64,000 bases of DNA from Sminthopsis crassicaudata (Eukaryota), in assembly GCF_048593235.1 (NCBI RefSeq), contig NC_133621.1:63789148-63853147 (forward strand). The letters run 5' to 3'. A program made the position numbers and the translations under genes. The notes below the pieces were generated by a model that was given only the letters and a program-made list of their open reading frames with translations, was not told the DNA's origin and ran no database searches. Positions 11,616 to 24,949 of this stretch are shown in pieces; the stretch's first letter is position 1; each line of letters begins with the position of its first letter.

Positions 11616-12169
11616 GAGTTGGCTTAATGATCCAGGGAAGTCAAAGGAAAGAATTAAACCTATATTATAATAGATGTCTATAGAGGGAACAGATATTTGA
11701 TGAATTTCAAGGAATTCAAGATGGAGAGGGAGGATTGGAGATCAATGGCATAGGTCTGCCATTAATCTTGCTCCAGGGATATACTAATGAGTCTATGAAG
11801 ACCAGACTGAGTTCCATTCACTAGCTGTGGGAAAACAGCTAGAACTCTAAAGTAGAATTCTAAGTAAAGAAGTAACTTCTGGAGGCTGTTCTATTTCCTA
11901 AGTTCACATCTAACTGGGCCTTGACCCTTTAAGCCACCAGTGGAAAAATAGATTGAGATGCTTATTTATTCCTAATTTAACTTCTTGACTGAGTGCTTAC
12001 CAACTCCAATATTGCAGAAAAATCCATTATAAATGTCATCTCTCTCTGATTCCTCCCCTTCCCAAGAATCCCCAAATCACTATATATCTATTTTATATAC
12101 ATTTTGTCTCTCCTATACAAGGCAAGCTCTTGGAAGGCAAGGATTATTTTATTTTTATCTTAGTATCTC

Positions 12170-12410
12170 CAGATTTTCATTTTTGAGCTTTTCTTATCAC
12201 TCCTAAGCTGAATTCCCTTGTTTTAGTTCCAAGTATTCTATTGAGCCTTCTTCTAAATCTTTGATGTCAGCCTTCCCAGAATCTTGGGATTTTATCACAG
12301 ATTTGAGGAGGGAGCCATTATTTGTCCCTAGGTTTCTCATCATTTCCAGGATAAAATAATCACTAAGGAGAGTGAAGCAGGGATTAGCTGCTCTGCTTTT
12401 GGGAAAGATA
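12170..12410 (-). mobile_element. L3/CR1-like fragment
   Basis: The antisense strand resembles the CR1 ORF2 linker region and is highly decayed. Confidence 0.45.
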
Positions 12411-12578
12411 GAGCTAGGCTTATGATCTGTTTCCCAAGCTCCTCCATTTCTAGATGTTCATTCCACAATAGATTCTAACAGCAAAATTACATGTTTCCTC
12501 CTCCATCAATCTTCACTTATTCAACTATTTCCCCCCTATCCTTCTGTGTCTTGGACAAATGAAGTGCTTAATAAATAT

Positions 12579-12815
12579 TGTTGTTCTGTTGTGTCCAACT
12601 CTTTGTTATTCCATTTGGGGTTTTCTGGCAGAGACACTGAATGGTTTGCCATTTCCTTCTTCATTTTTATAGGTGAGGAAACTGAGGCAAATGGGGGTGA
12701 AATGACTTGTTTAAGCTGACATAGCTAATAAGTAAGAGTGTCTGAGGTCAGATTTGAACTCAGGTTTTTCTGACTCTAGTCCTAGTGTTCTATCCACTAA
12801 TCCACCTGGCTGTCT
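12579..12815 (-). mobile_element. MAR1-like SINE
   Basis: Reverse RTE tail plus CORE plus tRNA-derived head. Confidence 0.75.
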
Positions 12816-14923
12816 TTTATTAAATATTGGTGATATGAGAGTGTTATTAAATCCCCTGGTGATTAAAAGGGCTCACAGTCCTCTGTTGTTGTTTATTAAT
12901 GTACTCTATTTATTATACAAATGCCCACCTAGATTCTTCTCAAATGTATTTGTCTGGGGCAAATGAAGAGCTGCCAGAGAACTGGAAAACGCTTGCTGCC
13001 CTGGGATGATGGTCAGAAATAGTCTGAAAATCATTACTGTCTAAGCAACCACTTTTCCACATGTTCCTATGCTAGAAAAGCAAGTTACTTTGAAATATCA
13101 TTCCCCAAGGAAAGAGGGAAAACCCAGAGAAAAGTGATTTTCAGGCACATGTTGGATAGAGCCAAAGAAGTATGGCCCTGAATTCCATCAACTAAGCCAC
13201 AAACGGATCCAGAGCTTGATTAAGGAAAATAAAAGGGAGACAAAAAAAAATTTTAGGTAAAAGAGTATTGGGTGATAAGAAGGATATTTTGAAAATCTAC
13301 AACAATGAGATTAAGCATATAAATTTAGGCTAAGCCTTTTGGTCTACTTTCCCACCTCTGGGCTTTTGCCTAGTCCATCACACTTGCTTTTCTATGTTTT
13401 CATTCCTCATCCCTGCCTCTTGGAATCCCTATCTCCTTTAAAGGCTCAGCTCAAGTGCCATCTCCTACAGGAGGCTTTTCCTGCTTCTGCCATTTTTTCG
13501 TGACTCCCCCATTCTCTGTACATATTTTGCTTATAATTATTTATCCCTGGGTGTATTGTTTTCCTCAGTACAATATAAGCTTTTGATAGAGCTACCAGAC
13601 AACAAATGCTTATTGAATCCAATTGCTCATGGAACATCATAGTGCCTTTGAAAAGAATATTCCTTATTTTTGTAGTATCTTTGAAATCTATAGCCCAAGT
13701 TTTAATTCATCTTGATTTGTAGCACTAGCTAGAAATTACCAACATAACTCTTAAGTTAAAAGGAGAAGAAAATAGCAATGTAGCATTTGCTATTTAATTC
13801 CCCATTAATTGATAATTTGACTTGGGGGGGAAAATAAATTGGCAAAAAGGAATGGAATTCTTTAGCTCCTTGTTTTTACTAAAAAAATCCCCACAGTACT
13901 CACTTAAACAAAGAACTTGACTTTTCCATTGGAAAGACAAAAAGAAAATCGAGGGCTAGCATGTCCTGCCACATACTTAACTACACCGTAAAATACCATG
14001 TACTTGGAGTCTAGTCACATTTTAGAAGTGTAGTATTTATTAGTTTCCCCGCTGCCAAGTTCCACTATTATCATATTATTATAACTGCGATGTATTTTTA
14101 CTAACTAAATTATATATAGCTCTTTACTTTAAGCACTAGAGGTTGGAAAGGCTTCATCATCATAAGGTGTCACGTATGTGTGACATACGATCTATCACAG
14201 GTTTTTTTCCTCTCTGTAAGCAATTACTGTATATTTCTAATCTTGAAGCATTTTACTGTGTTATTCATTATTTAATGCTGATTCTGAATATGCCCTTATG
14301 TGTGCCAAATGTGATATTAGGACATTTCAAAATCTTGTTCAACACATGTCCTCTTTGCCCACGCCCCTTCTTATTTTTAAAAGAAAATACAAGAGATAAC
14401 ATCCTTTAAGCATTTTTTGGGGGGGTAAAAACCCACATTTATTTTCAACTTGGAATGCAATCTACATTTTCATTTATTTTCATTCTATTATTGCAAGGGA
14501 TGAGCACGAGAATATAGAGGTCTGCCTATTTACATTTGTAGACACTGCTGATCTTAATTATGTAGGTACCTGAAAATATTATAAAGATGGGGAACAAGTA
14601 CATGTTGCCTGGGGAAAATATTAAGTGGTATTTTTAGTAGTAGAGCTAAAGTTGACTTAAATGGAATTAAAAGGCACTCAAATTATGATTCTTGTAAAAT
14701 ACTTATTTTGGGAAATATTGAGAATTGGGCAAAAATGAAATGCTTTGAATACCTATACTAATTACCCATATTAATTGTACTGTCTTAATTATTCAGGAAT
14801 TAACCTCATCACAAATTGGTTATCTGTAAATGTGTTTTCTAGCCTCAATAAACAAAAAAGCAAAACTGAAAGAAAAAAAGATACAAATTAGGATCTTAGG
14901 TTAAAGCACTCACGAGCGCGGCT

Positions 14924-14971
<48 letters not shown>
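14924..14971. repeat. (CA)n microsatellite preceded by GCGC
   Basis: Seen directly: gcgc(ac)~22. Confidence 0.95.
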
Positions 14972-14973
<2 letters not shown>

Positions 14974-16532
14974 TCTTACCAAAAAGCCTTTTGCTTCCAC
15001 ATCAAAATTGGACTTATAAAATAGATTAAGTTATGCTGTAGCTATTTTTTTTTCTCTACTAATTCCAGATATCTCAGTTTTTCCTTTTAGAAAATGAAAA
15101 TACTGAAAATGACATAGTCGTTTATCACAGAGACCTTGGAAAGAAGTAAGGCTTAATATTCTACAGTAAAACTTAACCAATTAATTAGAATCCTGGTTTA
15201 ACTCATTAAAAAAAAAAAAGCAACCTATAATCTACTTTTCAAAGCAATCAATGAGTGAATGAGTATTTCTTGGGCAATGAGAAAGTACTCAGTTGAAGTG
15301 TTCTACAAGAAGCAAGGCCCCGGCAAAAGGCAGCAAATGATGACCAAAAAAATCAAATTTCTATTTAGGCCTTATTAAAAAAAAAAAAGATAAGTTTCAG
15401 ATTCTCAGATTCTAGTGTAGGATCAGTGCAAGTTTTTTGGTTTAGTTTGGTTGTTTTTACAACGATAGCATATGTCCAAATTACCCAGAAGCCTGGAAAG
15501 ATTCTAGATCACTAGGGAAAGTTTCGTTTAAGCTCATTCACTTCGTTGTACTTGGGAAAGTGGACTAAAACATTTTAGAAAGTTTCAGCAACTAAAGATG
15601 AACCAAAAATGGATCTCTGCTTAACTCTTTATTAGCCAGAAATTCAATGCTTATGCCAAACACTCTAATTTATCAAGACTTGACTTTAATAGGACCCCTT
15701 GTCCTTCAGCCCCCAACCTTAATTAGTTTTAAGGCAAAATGGCTCTCTTAAGATTAGGTTATTTTTCCTTATTTCTTTATACATGAAGAAATTCCATGAG
15801 ACCTGTATGTAAGAACTCTTTTGGCCACAGTACCTCATTTGCTTTTGTACAAAGATTAAATATCTTTTAAAGAGGTTCTATTTCCTTGCCTCTACCCACC
15901 CTCACCCTACAAATGAAAGAGATTTAAAAATCAGGTATATATTGAATTATATTGAAGTGGTCTCCAGAGTAGACTATGTAAAATGTATATATAAAATGAT
16001 CCCTAGAGAGGAAGCATGCATTTATATGTATATTATTTGGAAAACATTAGAACTTGTATTTGTATTTTTCTCCTAAAATATAAGAAAAATTAATTTTACT
16101 AATATTTAATATGAAGATTGGTACTAATAGTCTCATTTAGTCCATATGTGAGATGCCCATGTCATTTACAATATGAAAGGAATCCTGTGGGAAGAATGGG
16201 AGCTCCCCAACTTGGGGCAAGTAAAAAGGAGGGAGTTTCACAGTGGAGTTATTCATCACTCATTCATTCACTTTCAGTTTATTGGTTTATTATGACATAC
16301 TGCAGCCCAAGTAAATGGTTTTTGTGATATACACATATTTTTGAGTTTTAACTAAACTAAGTCTCACAAAATGAACAAGTGGCTTTTAAAAGAGACTTCT
16401 ATGAACTGTGGATTTAACAAAATATTGATAACATGAATATAAGTGAACAGGAAAATAGCAAGCAGACATTTCTGCTCCTAAATATAAGTTCTTCCTCAGT
16501 CACATTATGCAAAAATAAGATGGTAATTTAAT

Positions 16533-16713
16533 TCGGGGTTCTTAACCTGGAGACTGTGAATTAGTCTTTAAAAATATTTTGATGACTATATTTCAATTTA
16601 ATAGGGTTCTTTGAAATCCTATGTATTATTTTATTTTATATACTGAAGAACATTATCCTGAGAAGGGATAGGCCTCAACAAAGTCCATGACATATAAAAA
16701 AATTAAGAATCCT
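16533..16713 (+). mobile_element. hAT/Charlie-like MITE
   Basis: TIR-like ends ggggttcttaacc ... ttaagaatcc. A related reverse copy lies at 34024. Confidence 0.6.
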
Positions 16714-18389
16714 TCATTTAGTTAAATCTGGAAGGTTTGGGCTAAAAAAAATTTACACTTTTAAAAAGATCGTTTGAAATACATATTTAACCCCTCTATT
16801 GTTAATAAAGGTCACTCCAAATTTATTATATACTGAGATATTAGCTGATTGTATGACACCTTTGCAATTAACAAAATACTGAAAAATTCAATATTTTATT
16901 ACCCAAAGTGGTATAAATGTGTCACTTATAAAAACTGACACCTGCATATTAAAAATCTTAGAAACAACATTTTCTAACTTTTCAAAATGAGCATTTCTAG
17001 TGGATTTTGGACCATTTATTAAAAACATTTAAAAGTATTTGGGGATAAAGAAATAAGGAAAAATAGCCTTTGCAAGAATAATTAACAGGCATTAGGGGAG
17101 TGAGACTTTTACTAGTCAAATTTCAACAGAAAGACTTGCATAATTGGTGGAAAAGATTGAACAATTATATTATGATTAAGTATACCCAATTATAGGCCTT
17201 TTCAATTGGGATCTACCTATTTTTGTGTGCTATCTTTTCAGCAGCAACAACCTTTTAAAAAACAAGTTGGAAATAAGTTGAATTTCAAACCAGACATTTG
17301 AATGGCTATATTACAAAATGTTAAAACATTATTTTCAAAAAGAATGAAGCATATGTGATCATAATTTTTACTTAAAAAATGCTATTAACATTATTTACTG
17401 CATATAAGATATTTCAGATACTGTTAAATGAAATAAAATATTTTTTAAAATTATTATTTCTTTATATCAACCTTTTAAATGTTTTTTAAACAAAAACTTA
17501 ATTTTTTTAAAACTATATATAATTTGTTAATACAGTAGGAACATATAAGATTCATAGGAATAGGTATTAGATCTACGACGTCATTGGTTCAAGGAACTTC
17601 CTAGATAAGTTTCTACATCTACCGATGTAGATCAATGACTTCTCTGCATCCATTGTCTTAGAGAGTGATCTGGGGCATCAACTTGTCCAGGTTCATATAG
17701 TAATTAAATAAATATATGTATATCAAGATGAATGTTCAAATTGTTATACAATTAAAGAAGTTTGGGGACCACAGATTTAAAGCACACAATATAGAAGTCC
17801 CCCTTGAATATTATACCCACCAGATCACTAATGGATAGTCCATCTGATAGCCTCAGATGCTAGCTGTATGATCCTAGGCAAATCATTTAACCTGTAAGAG
17901 TTTTCTCATTTGTAAAATGAAGGGGTTGGACTAGTAACTTTTAAGTACCTTCCAGTTTTAAATCTATGATCCTATGAAAGAGAAGGGGAGGAGATATTAA
18001 TAGTTAACACTTATATGGTGCTTATTATGTGCCCATTTTACAGATGAACAAACGGAGGCAAACACCCATTCAATAATTTGCCCAGGATTACACAGAGGTT
18101 GGACTTGGGTCTTCCTGAATGGATTCCTATACTCTGTTCCACCTATCTACTTCACTCAAAAGATTTCCCTGAAATGTCTTAACATCAATGATTCTGAGTT
18201 CCTCTATTGAAGGCTTTCTCATATTGGATCTAAATTAATTTAATTCTAGTTGAAATTGCTGATTTCTTCTCCCCCCCCACTTTGGTTTTTTTCCCCCCCT
18301 CTAGACAGCTTTAGTTTCCTCATCTGTTAATTCTCCTTTCTCTTTCTGGCTCCCACAGAACTATTTCATATGACAAATAGAATTTTTTA

Positions 18390-20770
18390 TAGAGTATTTT
18401 TTTAAAGTCGGCACAACTGATTGATCCATTGAAAAATCTGAAAATGTACAACATCCAATATTTGTGGACCTCCCACTTCCACAAAAGGGAAGTAGATTGG
18501 GGGTGTCTTATCTCTCTTCCTTTGAAACTTGAGCTTTATAATTTTGTTACATTTACCTTTAACTTTGGAGTGTGTTGTTGATCTTTCCATTTCTTATAGC
18601 ACAATAATATTCCATTACATTAATTTACCATTATTTGTTTAGCTATTCCCCAACTGATGGGCATCTATTTCCAAAACTTAGCTATCATGAAAAGTGCTGC
18701 TATAAATATTTCAGAATATATGGGGATTTAAAAAAAAAAACTGATGGCTTCCTTGTAGTACAAAACCAGTAATGCAGTCTTTCGTTCAAAGGGCAAGGAC
18801 ATTTTAGTAACTTTTTTGCATAATTCCAAACTGCTTTCCAAAATAGTTGTATCATTTTACAACTTCACCAACAATAATTGATTAGTGTGTCTATCTTTCC
18901 ACCAACTCTCCAACACTGACTTGCCATTTTTGGTCATTTTTGCTGATTTTTAGGACATGAGGTAAAACTTCAGGATGCTTTGATTTGCATTTCTTTTATT
19001 ATTAGATTTGGAATATTTTTTTCAGGTGGTTGTGAATACTTTGCAGTTGTTTTGAGAATTATTTAGTCATATCTTTGACATATTAAGGAACATATATATC
19101 TATATATAAACACATATACATACATATTAACACATGTGTATATGTGTATATACATATATATATATCTCAGGTGCCAAATCCTTGTATATAAATAGAGAAA
19201 TTATATACAATTAGTTTTCCCATCTGAATATTTCCTTTCTTATCCAAGATGCATTAATATTTTCTGGGTAGAAGTTTTTCAATTTCAATAATCAAAAATA
19301 TTTTCATTTCTTATAATTCCCTCTACCTCTTATTTGGTTAGGAACACATCTCTTACCATAGATGTGAGAGATGTATGATTCATTTCTCTTCTATATTTTT
19401 TTAGTAATATAATTTCTCATAGTCAGGTCACAATCATTTAGAATTAATTGTGGTATGCGGTGTAAGATGTTGATCTAAGCCTAACTTCTACCAGAGTGCT
19501 TTGCAGTTTAGACAGCAATTATGAACAAAGAGTGAGGTTTTTTTCCTAAGTAATTTGTTTTCCACTTTATCAAACATTTTGTTACTGTTTTATTTTTTTT
19601 CTGCATCTCTCTTGTCTAGGCTGTTTCATTAATCTTTCTACATTTTAACCAATACCAGATGTTTTTGATGATCATTGTTTTATAATGTAGTTTGGCATCT
19701 GGAAGTGCTATGCCTCATTACTTCTCTTCATTATTTCTCTTAATATTCTAGATCTTTTGTTTTTCCAAACGAATTTGTGATTATATTATCAAGTTCTTCA
19801 AATTATCCCCTTGGTAATTTGATTGGTATAACATTAAAAGTATAAATTAATTTTGATAGAATTGCCATTTTTATTATGTTGAGAAGACATCCATCGGCAC
19901 TGAATATTTTTCCAGATATTCAGATTTTAAAAAAAATTATTTAAGGGTACTTTCTAATTGAATCTAGTCAACTCTTTTGTGCACTTTGAGAGGTTAAACC
20001 TCAAATATTTTTTGCATTTTTGTAGTTATTCGGAATGGAATTTATCTTTATAGTATTGCTTCTTGTGTTTTATTGTTATTATATAGAAATCCTATTGATT
20101 TTTGAAGATTTATTTTGTAGCCTGCAACTTTGCTAAAGCTATTATTTTTCTCAATTAGTTTCTTTCCTGATTCCTTAAGGTTTTTGAGCAAACTATCATA
20201 TTAACAATAAGTAGGAAGAATTTTATCTCCTCTTAATTTAATTCCTGTCTCTTCTCATATTTCTATTGCTAGATTAAGTAATAACAGGGAGAGTGGGCTT
20301 TCTTGCTTTAATACCATATTTGTTAGAAAATGTTCTAGTGTATCACCCAATAGACTTGATCCTTGCCTTTGGCTTTAGATAAATGCTTTTTCTAATATTT
20401 TAAAAAAGTCCTTCTATGCCTATATTTTGGAGGGGTTTTAGCATAAAAGAGTATTGTACTTTGTCAAAGGCTTTTTCTGAATTTATTGAGATGATTGTGC
20501 AGTTTTGGTTGTTTTTAGTATGATTAATTGTGTTGATTGTCTTCATAATGTTGAACCATATCCACCTTCCTTGTACAATCCAAACTGATTCCAATGTTTC
20601 ATAGGATTTTGTTTAAAATTTTTAAGTCAATGTCTGTTAATGAAATTGGCCTATAATATATTTGTCTCATAAAAGGATTCTAGGAAGGGTCTTTATCAAT
20701 TTTTGAGAATAATTTGTGAATTGTAGGACTCAAAATTTGGTAGAATTCTCCTGTAAATCCCATCCTTCTG
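18390..20770 (-). mobile_element. 5'-truncated, rearranged L1 LINE (ORF2 RT to 3' end), antisense on the plus strand and sense to MKX
   Basis: ORF 20400-20594 (WFNIMKTIN...TIISINSEKAFDKVQYSFMLKPL..IGIEG) matches the L1 ORF2 RT motif (IISIDAEKAFDKIQHPFM.KTL..LGIEG). Many stops are present. Confidence 0.85.
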
Positions 20771-23700
20771 CTTTTTTTATGTCAGATTTCACTTCTGGCA
20801 TCCACCTTGGCTCTACCTGTCATTCTTGTGGCTACCCTCAGCCAGTGATCTAGTTGGTGCCCTGCTTCCTCTCCTCCTCCGGATTTTTAACTCTGATACC
20901 ACAGGACCCATTTTTATCAATCAGCATAATTCTATATTGGAGGAAATTCTGTACTTGAAATCAGATGAGATCTAATTTTTCCCTGCTTTGACTACAAATA
21001 GTACAACAATAACAATAACAACCATACAGGATGCTTTCAGTGAGCTGACAGAGAATAAATTCCTAGTATTGTCAGTCAACTATAAAATCACCCGTTTTAT
21101 TCTGTGTAATAGATTGTAGAATGTTGAATAATAGTAAGGTAGCAACTTGTACCAGGACTTTCTCATTAAAAAAATGAGAAGGATCAGATAACAATAAGAA
21201 ACGTCCTCATCATCACATCATAACGCCATCCTAAATATCCATCATGAAATAAAAAGTTTTCAAAACATGTAGAACTAGACCGAGAATCCAAGACTATATG
21301 GGAATCTGTCCTTTTCATTCCTGAAGATACTTTCAGTGATTCAATAGAAAATGAGCTTAAATGCTAATACTTTTACTCAATACAAAAAAGTAATCATGTT
21401 ATCTGCCTGAGTAATATAACAAAGTAATTCTAGAGTAATGACTTATGCCAGAATCCTTTTTATTTACACTCTCAAAAAGGACAAGAATAAGATGATGATG
21501 ATGATACCTCATATTTATAAAATGCTTTAAGCTTCATAGAGCACTTTATATAAATTATCTCATTCAAAACCTCACAACAATCTTTTGGGGAAGGTATTAC
21601 TATGATCCCCATTATACAGATGACAAAACTGAGAACCCCAGAGTACAGGTAACTTGCTTAAGGTCACTTCGTCAAAAAGCTTGCAAATGGGGATTTGAAA
21701 TCGGGTCTTCCTGACTCCATGTTCAGCATACTGTTTACTATACCGCATTGCCTCTCACTTACTTAATTTTGCAACTATGAGTAGGCAATTTAACTTCTCA
21801 GTTCATTTTTTCTCATCTGTAAAATAGCAATAATAATCCTGAGACAAGATAATATAAGGACCACAAGATAATATAAGGCTTGTAGAAGGAGAACGTGACT
21901 ACAAATGCCAGCTCTTAGCAAAAGCTCCATACTTGAGAGAGGGGATATGACCCAAATAGAAGTTAGTTGGATTTGACTGCATGCTTCCTTAATTCTTCTT
22001 ATTAACTGACATATATGTAGCACCTTATATCTTTTAAAGCACTTTAATCCACACTTTCTCATTTGACTCTCATAGCAAGATAGCTTCTATAGGTATTACT
22101 AACTCCACAAATGAGTTCCAAGAAAATTAAATAATTTTTGTCAATGGTCACAAAAATAGGAAGAGTTAGAGAAGACTTTCAATCAGTTCTTATTGACTCT
22201 AGATCCAACAATTTACTACAGAACTCTTCTAATTCTGTCTTAGCACTCTTAAAGTAAGAACCTCCCCCCTCCCACTTTCATTGATGAGAAAAGTCGCTTT
22301 CCCATTGTAGACTAGCAACTACTCTAAAACTTAGCATCTTAGAGAATAATTGTGGGGCAGAGGGATAGAGGGACCTTTTACAGAATCACATAACCAGTCC
22401 TAGGCAGAGCTTGAATCAGGGACTCTTGATTCAAATATAAAATTGATTGTCTTTTCCTATACTATGCTATGCCTCATAATTAGATCCTAATTTCTGGAAA
22501 TAAGACAATTCTAGTAGAATTAAATTGCTAAGTTTTAGCCTGTGAAGGTGACTCAGATTATTCTTGATGATGAAAAAATTATGACATGAAGATTTAAGGC
22601 CCTACATGAAAGTTTGAACTAATACAAGAAATTAAAATTTTTCTTTTCCTTGGTTTTTGAATAGATATCTGTGAAAGTCAACCATTATTCTAAAATAAAG
22701 GAGAGATTATTTATTACAGTTATGCTTAAATCAAAATAATCATCATTTTTAGAGATATTTTCTCCTCTTTTATAAAGTAGAAACTCTTTGAGGAAAGGGA
22801 CTGTTTTATACTCCCAATGTCTACCAGAGTTCTGTCAATTAAAAAATATTTTTAAATTAATTGATAGATTGGCTGGTTGATCATTTCACTCCAGGGACAA
22901 AAAAAGTTGGAGAAATATGCATTTCCTATAGGAAACCAGTTGAGGCCACTTTAGGATCTCACCACGATATGCTCTGTAGGAGAAAAAAATACCTGCATAA
23001 TTTGGTCATAATCACCAACTTTTTATATTTGGCACCAAGTTTTTGACATTTGCTTAATGAGAGGGAAGGTTTGCTTAACCAAAACACAGATTTTCCTGTT
23101 ACTTTAATAATTATTATGTAACATCCCCATCACTTCTCCAAACTCTCAGAGATTTGGGGTCTATTTTTTCAAGGGTTGGGATAGTTCTCTTTTCAGTATA
23201 TTTGAAGGTGGAGCAAGGAGAGAAAGAATTATTCCTGACAGCAGCTCAAAAAATGTTTCAAATTTCTGGTGGGAAATAGATAAACGAAGATTTCTGAAAG
23301 AAAATAAATATTTTAGCTACACAGAGATGTTTCTGTTCAAGGATTTTTTAAAAGGACAAAAATAACCTGCTCTGGGAAGGGCAGAGACCTCCACACAGAC
23401 AAGGGTATAGAGAGAAAGGACTCCTTTTTTCTCCTTTCAGTCCAGCTGGAGGGACTGAAGGACTAAAAGGAAAATAATGAGAGGAAAGAATGAAAGAACT
23501 GTGGTGACCAAGACAACAATGAAGGAGGGAAAACAACTCATCCCTCTGCCTGAAGTGCAGACCAACTAATTCTACCCTGATATTGCAAGCAGCTCACTCT
23601 GCGCTCTGCTGAGACATCCCAGCAAATGCACTTGGCCCAGCGCTCCATCCTGGCCAGAGATTTTACATTTAGAAGTGTAAGACATAGTAACATTTAAGGA

Positions 23701-24798
23701 ATTCTGGATTCTGCCAGCCAGCTATCCTTTCTCTCTTGGCCATGGGACAGATGAGCCAGAATACTGCCATGCCTTCTATGTGTCTGTTGTCTAAATCAGG
23801 AGAGGGGAAGTTTGAGGGAGTGATCCCAGAGTTTGGTGCTTAAGGGAGGGGCATATTTTAGGGTCATCGTGACACTTCTGGCAGGATGGGGCAATCTGAC
23901 TTGAAATAGTTCTGCTACATTGCTAGATGGATCTATTCATCCCAACCTGAGATTCTGGCTAGGGAAGGAAGTTTCCACTATCCAGACCACCAGGTGAAAC
24001 ATCAGAAAAACAAAATATGTTTTCTGGATATGCTACCTTTTAAATATTTTTTTTTGGTTTGTACCTTTCATTCCTCCTTTTCTTTATGATTACATCTGTT
24101 ATTTTAGCTTATTTTTCCACTTTGTATTGAAATAGTTCTTTGAAGAAACCGTTATTTTGCATTAAGCAGGGCTCCTTTTTTTCCCCTTTAAAGTTTATAC
24201 AAAGGAGCAATGTAGTACAATGGATAGAGAGCCAAGCTTCAGGTCAAGAAGATCTGGTGGATTCACACACTGCTTCTGTATTTGACGTGAAGGGAAGATC
24301 CATACCAAGAATTCCCCATTTGACAAAATCACAGATTTTCCTATTTTTAAGAGGGGAAAATCAACCATCTGTCCTAAATATACAAAACAAGCACATACAT
24401 TTTCTCTGTGAGCAGTCACTTGCTTTGACCACCTTATCCAGGTTACGCCAAATACAGAATTTAGGGGGGAGGGATGAGCTGCTTTGGGATTACTGGTCTG
24501 TAAATATTGGAAGTCAGTGCATGATGTCTTTAAAACAGTCCTTCTCTGCCCTAGCTGGATGTCAAGACCTGGGTATAGATCTAGGAGACAGTGTAGACCT
24601 GGGCAAAAATACTTAGAGCAAAATAAGCTCCCAACTTCCATCAATGTTTTAAATACAGTTTTTTAGTTCCAGGAATAAGACAGACCTGTAATAACACTGA
24701 TTTTTTTTAAAATCAATTTCTGATGATAATCTCTAACACATTTTTATCCTTCCCACAAGGAGGCTCCATAGTGAATGGATGGGAGGTTCCCAACTTTT

Positions 24799-24949
24799 TT
24801 TTTTTTTTTTGGCAAAGGCAATTGGGGTTAAGTGACTTGCCCAGGGTCACACAGTTAGGAAGTGTTAAGTGTCTGAGGTCATATTTGAACTCAGGTCCTC
24901 CTGACTTCAGGGCTGGTGCTCTATCCACTGCGCCACCTAGATGCCCAGC
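24799..24949 (-). mobile_element. Young WSINE1-like SINE
   Basis: Long T-tail and an 11-bp TSD tcccaactttt (24788-24798, 24950-24960). Confidence 0.9.

Noticed and set aside
21844-21878. Short direct duplications (also ~34177, ~44900-44955, ~46690-46725, ~32680-32755)
   Set aside because: They are ordinary slippage events, mostly within repeats, with no sign of function.
24140-24644. Overlapping 158-aa and 149-aa ORFs
   Set aside because: They run through decayed MIR-like SINE sequence and have no protein signature.
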